DNA of 64,000 nucleotides from Klebsormidium nitens. Its lineage: Eukaryota > Plantae > Klebsormidiophyceae. The DNA is taken from the NCBI GenBank assembly GCA_000708835.1, contig DF237106.1:84370-148369 (forward strand). Direction: 5' to 3'. Below are positions 24,901-37,744 of this stretch, piece by piece. Both the position numbers and the translations under genes were made by a program. Each line of letters starts with the position of its first letter. Within the stretch, counting starts at the first letter, position 1. Under the pieces are notes generated by a model. The model worked only from the letters and a program-made list of their open reading frames with translations. It was not told where the DNA came from and ran no database searches.

Positions 24901-27900
24901 GAGCACTACCAAAACCTTCAAACCCCACGGGCGGCCTTCCAGCCGCCGCGGCAGAAGCTTCAGCCGCGTCGGGCGGCGAATCGCCAAGCCCCAAACCTTT
25001 ACGAAGAAGCGCCCAACTTCATCCGCAGACAGGCGAGAGCGGGCCCAGATGCGGACGACGGCTTTGAGAACCAGTTCGGCGCGTCCGTTGCGTACGCGCA
25101 AGAAGAAGACCGGTTCTACGGTCAAGAAGCAATCGTCGCAGCGGCGCGCGCGCGCGCCCTCGAACGGCACGCTCGCAATTGGGCCCTGTGGTACGATCCC
25201 GAAACAGACCGTCCAACGGGCCGCCAGAACGGATCTCGAACGAGCCCGGCAGGGAGGACCGCGGCGACGGAATGGGACGCGCGCGGGGGCGGACAGTCGC
25301 CGGGAGTGAGGGGGCCGCGCGCCTCTAGACCTGGCAGTCGCGGTATTTTTGCAGAGGACGATGTGCACATGAACGACAGGCTGCAGGAGGAGCAGTTTCG
25401 GGCAGCCGAGACAAATCAAAGTAAGTTTACTGCAAATTTAACCAAAGCACATTTCAGAAAGCGGGCAGAAGTAGTGGAGGGCGTAAATTGTTTTCCTTTG
25501 ACTTCCATAGAGCAAGAAATGGAGAGCTATACATCTGACTGATTGTGGGCGTTCGAAGGAGCTAGCTAGCTCGCTTGGTTCTTTTAGAGATATGCAGATT
25601 TCACGTGCCCTTTTGTGCACATTCCTCCGCATTAGTTCCCTTTTCCCTGCACCTGATTTATGTTATGGTCGAGTGGTGTGGCGGTTCTTTAATGTTTACT
25701 AAGAGCCTTCCGGCGCAAGGTAAAGGGCGATCTTTGCTATCGAACCGACAAGTTTCCATAGTTCCAACCTTATTACCTCAACGTCTCACGAGCGGCCAGA
25801 ACTAGACTTCTCTTTATTCTCAGTGTTTTATCGATTCGAGAGAATGATACTCGACTTCAACACGCTCTCGGCGAGTTGTTTACCTACCAGCAATTCTGTT
25901 AGGAGTCCCTCATCCTGTGCAGGGTGTCCCGTCGAGCGTTTTTCCGACCCTGCCTACGTCAGCAGAACAGCGACCACCGCGGAAGCGCTCCTCGGGCTCA
26001 GCCTCGACCTCCTCACGGAAGAAGGGCGGCCGCACGCGGCCGCGGCCGCGCTTAGCTTCGACCCCTACCAAACCCCGGGAAGTTACCCAAACTCAGGCGG
26101 CGCGGGAGGGGCGCAGGGGTTTGGAGGAGAGAGTCGGGGTTTGGAGGTTTGGCAAACGCGGCATGGGCTCGCGCCCGCATTCCAGTCCTTAGGCGGCGCG
26201 GCCGCGGACCGCGGCCTAGGGCGGCTTGAGATCGCGTTTTCGGAAGAGGCAAACGAGCGCGCGCGCGCTGTGCCGTGGTACCCGGGCGCCGCCGGCGAAG
26301 CGCTCGGCGGTCGGCCACGCGAGGAAGGCATGGTCCGCAGGGTGCAGAGAGTGGTCACACCGGTCCCAAACCCATTCCCACCACGGCAGGGGCCAATCAG
26401 GCCCACACCGAGCGTATTCACACCCGGTCGAGGCAACCAAACCCGCCCCCTTTCTCCGGAGTCCGAGTGGAGCCGAGGCGCCTTTCCATTGGATCTTCAG
26501 GGCGCATTAGCGGCCGCGGCCAGGTGGCTGCCCGAGGGCGCATTCCCACCGGAGCGCTTGGGAGGGACCTGGACTTCCACGCCGACGGTGTTAACACCCG
26601 CGGAAAGCTGGGCCGGGGGTTGGCTTAATCAGGAGGAGAGCGCATTCTCACCGGTCGTGAGCCAAGAGGGCAGCCACGAGTACGTGGGCTGGGGCCCTGG
26701 CCAACCGTGGGATGCCACGTGGCAAGCGCAGGTTAACGAGGGCCCCGTTTCGGAGGAAGACGAGCCGTTGATTTTGCGGTGCCGCTCGACTGATACTGGA
26801 TCGAAGCGGAAGCGGGACGCGCCTGCACATGAGAGGAGGACACGTGGCCGGCAGGGGAGCACGGGGGCATCCAAGCGGCGCGAAAGTAAAGAGAGAGATA
26901 AGCAGCAGGTTGAATGCGGGCACAATCAGCAAGAAGCAAGCAAGGGGGCGAAGAAAAAGCGGGAAAGAAAGGGGGGGGGCAGACAAGCAGTATCGTCGAA
27001 GAGGGGACGAACGGGCGCAGAATTTGGAAGCGCCGACGAGCCGCCGCTCGCGGACGGCGGCGCGCGCGACACAGAGAGCGCGCAGGGTTTGGAGGCTTTG
27101 CTCCAGTCAGAGGGGCCGTCCTTTCTTCCGCCGGACTTTCTGACAGACTTGGACGGCCTGGATGCAAATCTGGAGGTGAGACTGGGGCGAGTGATAATGG
27201 CGACTCCGGAAGTCGGATTGAATCTGCCCGTTGAAGAGGGGCGGCCGGAGAATGCGAGAGCGGCGGGGGGTGTGAAAAGGCGCAAGGCACCGAGGGGAGA
27301 ACATTCGGCGCAGGATACAAGGGGGTCCAGTCGGCAGAGAGAAACTAGGGGCGGGGATGGGAGGGCATTGGCGCCGGTAAGCTGTTTGCTTTGAAATCTT
27401 TGCTCTGCTCGTACTTCCACAACGATGAAAACAAATGATGCGCTTTGCTCATAGTTCCCGATTGTAGCAACTTTGTACGTCGGCATAGCATTGGGTTGAA
27501 ACTCTTCAATGCAAATGCTCTCGCACATCGGTGAAAGCCCGACCGCGCATACATGGCGCCCATTCCTTCTTCTCAAACCCGGAAACTTGAGTACCGCTTG
27601 ATTAAGATTGGCTCACGATGGCACTTTTGCGGCTTTGAATCATTCCCAAGTGTCTGAATTCCGGTGCTGCATTTCAAAGAGGACCGACTGGCCCTCCGTC
27701 GGTTTCTTGTTGTGGTGCTACGAGAGGAATTTTGCGGGCATAGCTTTAATTGCTATCTCATGGCAACATACCACATAGGCACTACACACCCAGACGTGCG
27801 GATCGTCTCTCTGGTTGTCAGTTCGACACCGGGACCCACGGAGCAATGAGCCATGCTTCAGATCTTATTGTAATAGATGATAAAGCGGTGAATAGCCTTG

Positions 27901-29910
27901 TCGCTACTTGTTTTAGAAGGATACATTCTTTCAGATCCTCTACCGCTTCGGCCAATGGTCGAAAAGGTCAACGGCCCAAATATCGCCACGTGTCCTTGTT
28001 GCAGGGGGTCTTAGCCGTACTGAACGCTTGGTTCCACGATCACTTCAAGAACCCGTACCCCACCGACGAGGAGAAAGCAGAGCTGGCCGCGCAATGCAAC
28101 CTCCAGGTCAAACAGGTGAGCACTGGTTGCTGACGGAAGCAGCTGACATAAGGAAGCGCCAACCAATCTCTATTCTTGAGAAGTTTGGCTGCCGCGCAAG
28201 TTCGAGGACCGCACCTTCTGAACCGAAGAAGAGCAGCTACAGCAAACCGCCTGCGCATGTTCAGGCAGTTGCGCGTTCGCAAAATGTCTCGCAACAAAGC
28301 GTCACCATCTCCGCTGTCTCTGCTTCCGGAGGGGTAGGGGAGTTGTTATGCGGACCTGTAAGGAAGAGTCTACCCTTGTTGCAGATCAACAACTGGTTCG
28401 GCAACAAGCGGATGCGCCTCAAGCGCACCATCATGCAGACGCTCGAGACGCGAGTCCCCCCCGGCGCTTCCGTTTCCGCGGCGGAACACCGTTCCGGCGC
28501 GCCCCCAACCCTGCCCCGTCCGACCCCACTGCCGACCCCGACCCCGGAACGCGGTGCGCAAAGTCCGCCGGCGGAAGCGCTAGAGCTTTCTCGCGTCAGA
28601 AGGGGAAGCGGGTCGCGGTCTTCTGGGAAGCGGACGAGGTGGGACGGCGACCGAAGTCCCATTAGACATGCGCTTCGGTCGCCGGAAAGCGGAGGTGATC
28701 CCGCGGCGTACAGCATGTTTGAGGCGCTGCTCGAGTCGGTACGGCTAGGGGATCTCGCGCAGGGGCGCCCGCAGGAGGCGCCGGAGGCGGTAGAGGGGCT
28801 GCACGACCCAACTGAGGCGCGGACCCCGACCGGTGACGAAGAACACTGGGCAGCAGCGGAGCGTTCTGGTCATGTTTCGGGTGTTTTCCGGCGGAATCTG
28901 ACAGCGGAAGCAGTGGCCATGAGAGACGCCGAGACGGAAACGGCGTGGGGTGGCTTCTCAGAAGCGGTTCCGGCGCTAGAGGAAGAAATGGAGACGGAAG
29001 CGGAACGGCGGGCTGAGGCGGACGGTGCGGTCGAGGTTCCGCCGCTGGACTGTCAGGACGGAGTTCCGTCTCAGGAGCGGAACGAAACGCTGCAGCGGAT
29101 GCAGTCTCAGAAGGAGGCGATGGAGCGAGCATACGAAAGCTGCTTTGGGGCCGCATCTGGCGGCTTGGAAGTTTCTGTGGTTGACGCTCCAACGTCCGAA
29201 GGTAAGGCGGAGAGACTGTAAGATGAGCGAGGCAACTTTGATCCAATGGCAATGCAGTTGCAATGAGCGTATGTTGTCATTATTGTGGCACAAGAGTTCA
29301 CGACAGCCAGTAATAACGTTGTAAGAGACAATCTCTGCTACTGAAGAGCAGCACATCTATTTGGACGAGAAGGTTTTCAAAGCATCTTTTGTGACCAAGT
29401 CAGCGGACGTTTGCTAAACACGACGGCCGCGACGCAATGCGAGCGAATCCGTGTTCGAGGAAACTCACACACGTCGGGTCGGAGGATTTTCCAGAAGCAA
29501 CCCGGGAGCTAACCCAAGAAATACGTCGAAACTCTGCAGCACCTGGGGCTTCCGCCGCTCCGCCTCCGCAATGTGATCCTCCGCTCGCCGCGGAAACGGA
29601 CACGCAAGAAGACCGTAACGAAGAGGCGGGCCCACAACATTCCACGAGCCCGGAACCTGGTGACACGTGGCACGAGGCCCCGCCAGGCGACGCCAGAGTT
29701 GCTGAGCCGGAAAGCGGCGCTGAGCCGAGGACACCAGAAGGCAGCGCGGGCTGTCCGCCAGAGGCGGAAGGAGCTATGGTGTCAAGAGAATCCCCGCAGA
29801 CAACGAGAAGTGCTCAAACCCCAGAAGAGCAGGGCATTACTGAAGCGAACGTGGCAACGCCTGCAGCGGAGAGAACGGTTTTCGAGTCCCTAGAGTCCTT
29901 CTTCCAGTAG
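21936..29910 (+). CDS. Large TALE-class homeobox transcription factor, non-KNOX, PBX-like (about 1760-1816 aa)
   Basis: Phase-consistent exons 21936-22292, 22854-24227, 24499-25420, 25923-27376, 28005-28115, 28385-29201, 29495-29910. Spliced homeodomain: GRALAP|GVLAVLNAWFHDHFKNPYPTDEEKAELAAQCNLQVKQ|INNWFGNKRMRLKR, with the TALE PYP loop. The homeodomain is certain; joining all upstream exons into one gene is inferred from the splice phases. Confidence 0.88.
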
Positions 29911-31436
29911 AAGGGCGGTGTCTTAGAGTTTTGCTTGGCATTCAGACAGACGTAGAGAAGGTGATTCCTGTAGGAGAAGGATGTTCTGTGTAACGCTAGT
30001 GTGATTCTGGAGCAAAGATTGGACTGATCTTAGAGCACTACCAGCAGGCTCAATTTCAAGTTGCGGTCTTAGGCTGACCGGAGGACAATCAGAAATTAGT
30101 CACGTGCACCAGGCAGCGCGAGCGGCGCAGACACGGCAGCACACGCCAGTGATTGAATGTAGGGCTCGTAGGTCAGCGTGCTAGGGCTTTCGGGCTTTGG
30201 GGCTTTCGGGTATGCAAACCACTGACAGTAAATCAGTCTGGTGGAACTACTGTACGTACTTGTATGCTTGCGTTGCCAGCGCGCAGCAGCGGCGGATGCG
30301 TCCATGTGCCCAGCGTAAAGTAAAACATGCGCCGACTCTTTTGATAGCGCAGGGGGCGCTAACGTGCATTAAATGACTCAAGATGCTCAATCTGCATCAA
30401 TCATGTATTAGTATCTGTATCATAAAGTTGCACCGGGCATATATTTCTGTATCGTGCAGGCTTGTCGTCGCTGCCTCCGGCCGCGCGGCTGCTGACTCCG
30501 GATGTACGTGAGCATTTGGTGAATTTTGAATGCAGACGCGCTCAGCTTCGATCGTTGATCGTATTCTTGAATACGGCAGCGGAACTTAATGCGAACCGTC
30601 TTAAGCACGTGGCATAAATGTGCATGTGTGGGATATCAGCATATATGCCATAATGCGCAGGACTCTGATCGATGACTCGGCTGGCCGCAAATCTACGGCC
30701 GGTCTGCAATGTAGTCAATGGGTTCGGCTGTAAGGTACGACGTACACATGCTGCTCAAGATTTACACCATATAGGCGCGCCTGGCCCGTCCTTTGGCGAA
30801 TTCGTGCAAAGTCATTTGATTTGTGAGTACGTTCCTTGCGTCCGACATTAAACGTCGTGGTATGTTGCTAACTCCTCCGCACAGCCGGCGCATGGGGCCA
30901 TACGGCTGCGACAGTGCCACATGATTATGAATGGCTCTTTTCAATACAAGCGCCGATCAATCGGACTCTACATGCTATCCATTCGAAAAGCAGCCTCAGT
31001 TCGTATCCAGCCAGAGCCTCTCGAGGATCGGAGGCTGGTCGGTCAATCGCGCTGGCCGCGGGCGACCTGGCCCAGCCGCCGCCAAGGTTTCAAGTCTACA
31101 TTCAATAAATTACGAACTTCCATGATAGTGTGATCTCCTCGTAAGCTAGTGGCCACCGGCTTGCAACATTCGTACATATGCAAACAAGCCACAATCAGCA
31201 ATCTGAGACACGGCAATGTTGACCCATCCAATTGACCCTGTGCTTCGACTCAGTGAATCTGCAGTAGCTAGCGGTGAACCTTGAGCGGTAGACCTTCAAA
31301 TTTAGCCATGCGCAGAAAGCTCGGATGAGCACAGCGCCCTTTCCAAAATGACGCTACCTACCTTGGACAAATAGGTTCAACATTGCCCGATCGCTACAGA
31401 GGCTGCTGCAGACAGTCTCCCCTTGGAACAAAAAGT

Positions 31437-34400
31437 TCACTTTTGAGCGACCAGAACGCCCATGAGCCCATTTGCAATCTCATAGTGGGTAGCCTTCTTG
31501 AAGCCCGCCACCTTCGCCATGCGAATCTGCTCCCGACCTGCACAGATCCAGCCGAAATGAACGCTATTAGCATTCTTGAAGAGGGCCCCAAGATCTTGCA
31601 ACTGTATTTCGTTCAGTATGCCGTTGTCGATGCGCCTCCGTTCAGTGGCGGCCGACCATTTTCGGTCTTTCAAAACGAGTGGATTCCTAACGGAGAAGCC
31701 AGACTGAGGATAAGGGGAGCAGATCTTAGAGAGCCGGTGACCTTATAACAATCTCGCTACACCACTGCCGTATTGGGAGTGCCACTTTGAGGTGTCAATA
31801 TCCTGCCAGCAAACACTCGGTTTGGAATGTAGTCTTACATTCAAGTGGAAAATGCTGCGTTCGAACACGGATACACAGACACACGCATGTTTCACCCTTA
31901 TGCGCAAACATTCAGACTGGAACGCGTACTGAAACCCAGACTGACTTTGCGGCATTCGAACACGGAAAACTTCAAACACAAACGTTTCATCTTAATGCGC
32001 AACGTTCGGACTGGAACGCGCCACTACTCAGATCGATATTGCTGCAATCACACACGAAACATTACAAACACAGATTTTTTACCCTATTGCACAGTCGTAC
32101 CTCTTGGGAAGCGCTCAATGCTAGGTCGGAGGTACTCGTACTGCTCCTCCACCTGGAACTGGCGGGCGACCGGGACCACCACGTTATCCAATAACCAGCC
32201 CTGGTTGAGGAGGGTAAAAGAGGGGGGTTAAGGAGGTGGTTGAGATAAGCACGGGCTGGCGGCGCAAATGGACGTGTCGAAAGGTGAGGCTCCCAATGGG
32301 CGAGTGCCCCCGAGCAATCTACTCTAAGTGACTGACACTTCTGCTCTAAGTGAAAACCGATTGGACACTGAACTCCAACGCGAAGCCCCACCTCGACTAC
32401 AGATAAGCGTAGCATGGTCACATCTGCGCCCCGGGAAAAACTCAGTAGTTGCCCTCTTCGATTCCACGGTACCGGGAATGCCTTCCCGGTCACATCTGCC
32501 ATGTCTCGGAAGTTCGGTACCGAGGACAGGAACACTTTTCGTTTCCGTGACATCCGAGTGATGAGTTGCCAGCCTGCTTCAAGAGGTCAGCTTCGTACGG
32601 CTTCGTTGGCAATGCTTCACAAACATTCAAGCAAACGCAAGCTTCAGGTATCGGTGGTGGTAACATGAAGCTTTCCGCTAAAACGGAATCCTTGAGCAGA
32701 TTTGGAATTTCGAGCTTGCTTTTCGTTAAAAAGGTTGATTTATGCTAGGCCAGTCCCAGAACAATCCACTCGAACTGGGCTGATAAGCAAGGCGTGAACT
32801 TAGGTTGAGCTGATACAATCGGCTAAAAGTGATTCTTTGAGATCTGAGAAAAGGTAACTGATTTTAGAACAAGAAGCGGCCAGAGACAGACTTTAAGTTT
32901 TGCAAAAACGCGAGGCCTGAAAGAGCTGCAGAAAGGTGTAAGAGAAGAATCTCAAAGCGAAGTCGTTGGAAAAAGGAGCGTCAGGATCGCTCACCTGAAG
33001 CTCACCAATTACTGTACCACTAGCGTTGTTGAAGTCTAGAATGGCGACACTTGCGCCTGCACAGAGGAACATAAACGAGTACGTCCGTCAGTGCTTTCTT
33101 GCTTTGCTTAAACGAGGGGGGCGCATCAGCCACAAAACATCGATCTACCTATTGCATACGCTCCAGCCAACTTGCCAAGCAAAAGAGGTCTATCTCTCGC
33201 TTCAAACTTGCTTGGATAATTTCTGTCTTTTAATTTTCAGGAGCAACAGGAGATGCCTTTTAAGGCCAAGACAAGCCTTTGAGGTTGTTCGATATTCAGC
33301 GACTGGTTTAGGTTGTTGGCAAAGAGTTGAGCAGGAAAAACGCCGAAGTCCGTCAAGGAGACCTTCGAAGGACGAAGCCACCTCCGTCAGAGTCTAGTAA
33401 GTAATAATCTGGGAGACTAAGCCTTTTTCTAGGGCAGGGATCAAGTTCGCCATGAGAGAGGGCGATTGCTGCACGAAGCGCTGCATTGACGCGGCCTCTA
33501 CCATTAAAAATCCCAACTTACATTCCTTTCTGCGAGAAACTTTTCGAAGATCACGGCGACGGCTTCAGGAAAAGGTGACAGCTTCTTATGAGGTTCATCT
33601 GAAGGGGAAGTCAAACCTCTTACCTGGTTTTAAGACACGGTGGATCTCCCGCAGGCTGCGGGGGATGTCAGTAACGTTCCGGAGGCCGTACCCCATCGTA
33701 GCTGCGTCGAAGGCATTCGAATCGAACGGCAGTGAGAGGGCGTCGCCTTCAATCCACCTGGACAGGGGGCCGCTTATTTAGTCAAGACTTTGGTCTTATT
33801 CGGATCCAAGCCGTCCTTGGTTATCTTGTCAAAGACTAAGAGGGCGTCACCTTCATCCACCTGGACAGGGGAGCGCTTATCAAGTCACGGCCACCGCTTC
33901 TTGTTGGAAATTCGTCGTCCTCATTTGGCTTCTCTGGTCTGACATTTGGGCGCTCGAAAGGTTTGGCTTGTTGAGCCAACTTCGGCGGTCGCAGAGTGAA
34001 AAGTTGGACAGCGTCTTAAATGCCTCAATGTTCCGCGAGCTCCTAACCCGAAGCGTCATACTGTATATATACGATTACAATCATGCATGAAAAAGGCGAC
34101 GTCCTCGAAGAGAGAAAACTGTGCGAAAATGAGCCCCATAAGTTCGAATTCTGAGTATCGATCGGGTAGTCTGGAATCCAGCGTGGCAATACGAGCCAAG
34201 TCAACCGCTCGAGCAAGGGATGCTGGCGGATGCAAGCTGGCGGATGAGAAGCCAGAACGCTTCAGCGCAAAGGAGCTCACTTCATTCTGAGTTTCGACGC
34301 GGTATACGAAGCATCTTGCCTCGCTGCCGCCACCCCCAACTGCTCCGACGAGAAGTCGAGGCCAGTGACCTGTGGATAGAGGTTTTTTTGGTGTTCGGCT

Positions 34401-37192
34401 TCTGAAGTCAGGGCGCTGATGACAATACGTGAAGGCTTTCGAAACACGTCAAGAAGTGTGCAAAAGCAACAGCGTACTGCTGATAATCGGCGATGGCGGC
34501 GGCGCTCTTCAAATTTTCTAGGGCGGGGTAACTGACCGACTTCGAGATGGTTAATCTTTACAAAGCATTTGACATTTAGACGGAGGGAGATCCCAGCTTC
34601 GCAAAACTCGTTGTCAAGAACTTTCACATCGAGGTCCAGAGAGCGGGTTGGAAAGTTGCGAGTCCCCAGCTGAGGCCTGCTGTGTCGAGGCATCCCTTTG
34701 TGGTCAGCGGTCAAGAACTGAGAGCCTTGAAAATACGCAGTTTGCATAGGCCGTCATAACGATGTGTAGGTGGTTGGCTACAGGAACAACTTCCCCGCAA
34801 ATCCTCGACGTGCTCTTTGCAGTATTAAAACTGAAAGATAAGCGGCCGCGTACATCGGAAATTCTTTCACCTTTCGATTTTTCATCTGTCATAACTAGAT
34901 GGAGAAGACACGCTACGAGTCCTGCCAGTGTGCCTTCTGATCTCAATACCCCATTAGAAAAGCCCGAGATTCTGAGACCGACAAACCAGATATTTAGAGG
35001 ATTAGAAGCACTAAAGTAAGAACCTTGAAAAGTTGGACACTCACCTGGCCCTCAGGTCCTACAGTCTCTGCTAACAGGAAGGCGACATCCCCACTGCCGC
35101 AACAAATGTCTAGAACGTTGTCGCCCTTGGCTGCTCTGCTCATGCACAAAGACAGGTACTTTTCTCGTTGATTGGCGAACAGCGAAGGGAGCGGCAAAAC
35201 CCGATCCGGCAGGTCGGGTGTTCCTAAGGAGGCCGCTCATCGGACATTTCTTCGGACGTGGCCCTAAAACCTTTGGACGCGGCCTAAGACTCTTGGATGC
35301 GATCCGAAAATATTGTTTTGACATCCGGACTGTGGCCCGACGGCTGTCTCTGAATCAAAAGGCCGTTCATCTTTCTTATGCCTGCCCTAGTCTTTGCTTC
35401 AAGCTCCTTGCAACCCAAAGCTCTACTTCGGTCTGACGACAATCATACCCAAGAGCACAGCTTTGCCGAATCCAGAAGGAGAAACCTCCCGATTTTCGGT
35501 TCCCTTCCGCCTCCCTGCCCCGCATTTGCGGAAAAGGATGCGCGATAACACTAGTGGCTACGAGAAGCCCGCTCCAGGAGAACGTGTAACTCTTGACTGC
35601 GCATTCCAGAAGCCCAGAAAGTGCAGACTTTTATGAATCCACGTTGACCAGATTGTTCTGTCCAGAAGAGCCAAGTATCAAAAAAAGGGTTACCTGCTCC
35701 ACTTGACTGCCATGCGCTTCCATATCCGGTGTTGCCCCAGGGAGAGCCAGTCGTTCAACTGCAGCTAACACAGCGACGCGCTTTGAGCGAGCATGAGAGA
35801 TATGAAAGTCTGGTGGTCAATTCAGGCAAACCTTCGTCACATTGACGACTGCCATGCGAAGGGCCTCAATGGCGACTGCAGCGATGGGAAATTAGAAAAA
35901 ATCATCTGACTTCTTATGTGAACTGGGTGTTCATCTCTGCACGAACAGATCTCTCCGATTTCGATCAAAGCGTACAGAGCCCTGCAAGGTGTATATACCC
36001 ACCTATGATACAAGATCAAATACTTGCCGTCAAAGGGATACCCTGTCCTGCTTTTAAAGCCTTTCTCCAGGGGGAACTTCTGGAGCCCGGAACAATGCAT
36101 TCTGACATTTCTCAAAGCAGCCACATAGATTCAAGAACTTTGCTGGAAAGCTGTGATGAAGGCCAGAGCCATTCCAAAGGTACACAATAAATCGTACATC
36201 TTACCATGCAAACGTCCGCAACAGGGCAGAAACCTTCCTAGCATAAAATACTCCTGTCCATAACACACACCTGATCATACATGGGGGCAATTTGATTGAA
36301 CAGCTTTTGCCGCTTCTGAGACTCTGCCTCCTCTGATGACTCAACAGAGACACCACTATAGGCTGCTCTCCCGTTACTTCCTCTGCGCTCCTCCTCATCC
36401 ACAGCAGTCAGCGGGGCAGCGCTGCTGGCATCGCCGCTGACATCATCTCTGTATGATGCACTGACAGGTGGCAGCAGGTGGCGCCGAGTGGTTTTCCTGG
36501 TTTCACTAAGTGGACCTGCCATCAGAATTGACAAGCATGAGTATGCGGAACACTTACAATCAACCGTGGAGGCTCTGTTTGATGCAATTGTCGGAGCTTC
36601 TTAGCCAGGCTTGCTGCCCTTGGGATTTGAAGCTGAGCGCAAGCCATGCGGTTGTTGAGGACGATTTGAGAGATTAAGAGCAGATTTATCTCATGACGGG
36701 GCGATGCTTTGCAAGTGGTTGAATGTTTAGGTGGTGTGCAATGTAAGAACACAATGTCAAAATTGACTAAGGAGGAATGTGGATGGGATTTTTGAGTGGA
36801 CTTTGAGCACCACCACCTTTCTAGCCTTTTCAAATTCCCAAAGAAGCACCGAACATCATTCTGACCAAAACCAATTGCTTTCGATCATTCCCAAGCCCCC
36901 AATCTTGTTCGATTGCTGGCATTTCATGCAATGTGGCAAGCAGTCGCACGCAGTGCCATTTGCTGGCCAATACATGTAAAGTCCCCCCCTGCAGTTTGGG
37001 AACAGCATTCCACTCACGGTGTCTTTGCTCCATCTCAAGGGCTCCGATACGCAAGACCCGCCTCCTCCTTCCAACATTCACAACCCTTGTCGGCAATTCC
37101 TTCCCTACCACTTCATTGTACCCTGCCCTCTGACAAGAAGCATGAAGCTGCGCCGAGGAAGTCAAGCGGAAGCAAACAGAGGTACCCGCCAT
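31437..37192 (-). CDS. MENG: 2-phytyl-1,4-naphthoquinone (demethylphylloquinone) methyltransferase, UbiE/MenG family, with probable plastid transit peptide; 353 aa
   Basis: Exons 37018-37192, 36271-36515, 35694-35758, 35045-35135, 34281-34369, 33624-33757, 32995-33056, 32101-32200, 31437-31537, all phase-consistent. Motifs LFNQIAPMYDQLNDWLSLGQHRIWKRM, VLDICCGSGD, VTGLDFSSEQL, WIEGDALSLPF..FDAATMGYGLRNV, VLKPG, HYEIANGLMGVLVA match plant MENG. Confidence 0.95.
31856..32025. repeat. Degenerate two-copy tandem duplication, 95-bp period, in the last MENG intron
   Basis: tcgaacacgg...tttca.c.ttatgcgcaa..ttc.gactggaacgcg starts at 31861 and again at 31956. Confidence 0.8.
33735..33887 (-). repeat. 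Duplicated 3' splice site plus exon start of MENG exon 6 (103-nt offset)
   Basis: Functional copy (minus strand): TGACTAAATAAGCGGCCCCCTGTCCAG|GTGGATTGAAGGCGACGCCCTCT, exon start 33757. Upstream copy: TGACTTGATAAGCGCTCCCCTGTCCAG|GTGGAT-GAAGGTGACGCCCTCT, start 33860. Confidence 0.9.
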
Positions 37193-37744
37193 CTGGAACG
37201 TCTTCTGACAACGCAATCAAAGCGGTGCTGAAGCGCCCTAACAGTAGTAACTGGCTCACAATTGATAATATTGACAATTGTCAATTGGGACTTTCGATCA
37301 TGAGTTCAATATGTGATTCTCTTTTCCCCACCAGAATTCGGGTAGGTAATACAGAACAAAGTTGAGCTCATCTGGGCTTGGTTAGATTAGTATTAAACCT
37401 ACCGAGTCTCGTGCCATTTGGCAATCAGGGCAGCAACCTTGACCGGTCCTCAAACCCGGACAGAAACCGACGCTAACCTGGCCTCTTGACCTGCTTCCAT
37501 GGAAATTAGGGTTCCGAGTCCCCTCTTCACTGAAGTCATTCCTCCTTGAACTTGAAGATCAATGCTTGTTCTTCCAATCACAGCAGGTAAATCTTTCCCA
37601 TTCCTCAACACATCAGGTTGTGTTGAGGTGCCTGTTTGGAAAACTCGAAGCATCGCCATCCAGTGAGAAGTCACTTCCTTCCCTCTTAAATCAGCTTGAA
37701 AGTTTGCAAAGTCGCTGCGTGCGGCTCCCTGATCGGATGCAAGC
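37193..37744. promoter_or_regulatory. Compact head-to-head region (552 bp) between the MENG and STK16-like start codons
   Basis: Start codons at 37192 (-) and 37745 (+). A shared promoter is inferred from geometry only. Confidence 0.6.

Noticed and set aside
37506-37513. Telo-box-like ttagggtt in the MENG/kinase spacer
   Set aside because: Single imperfect match, expected by chance.
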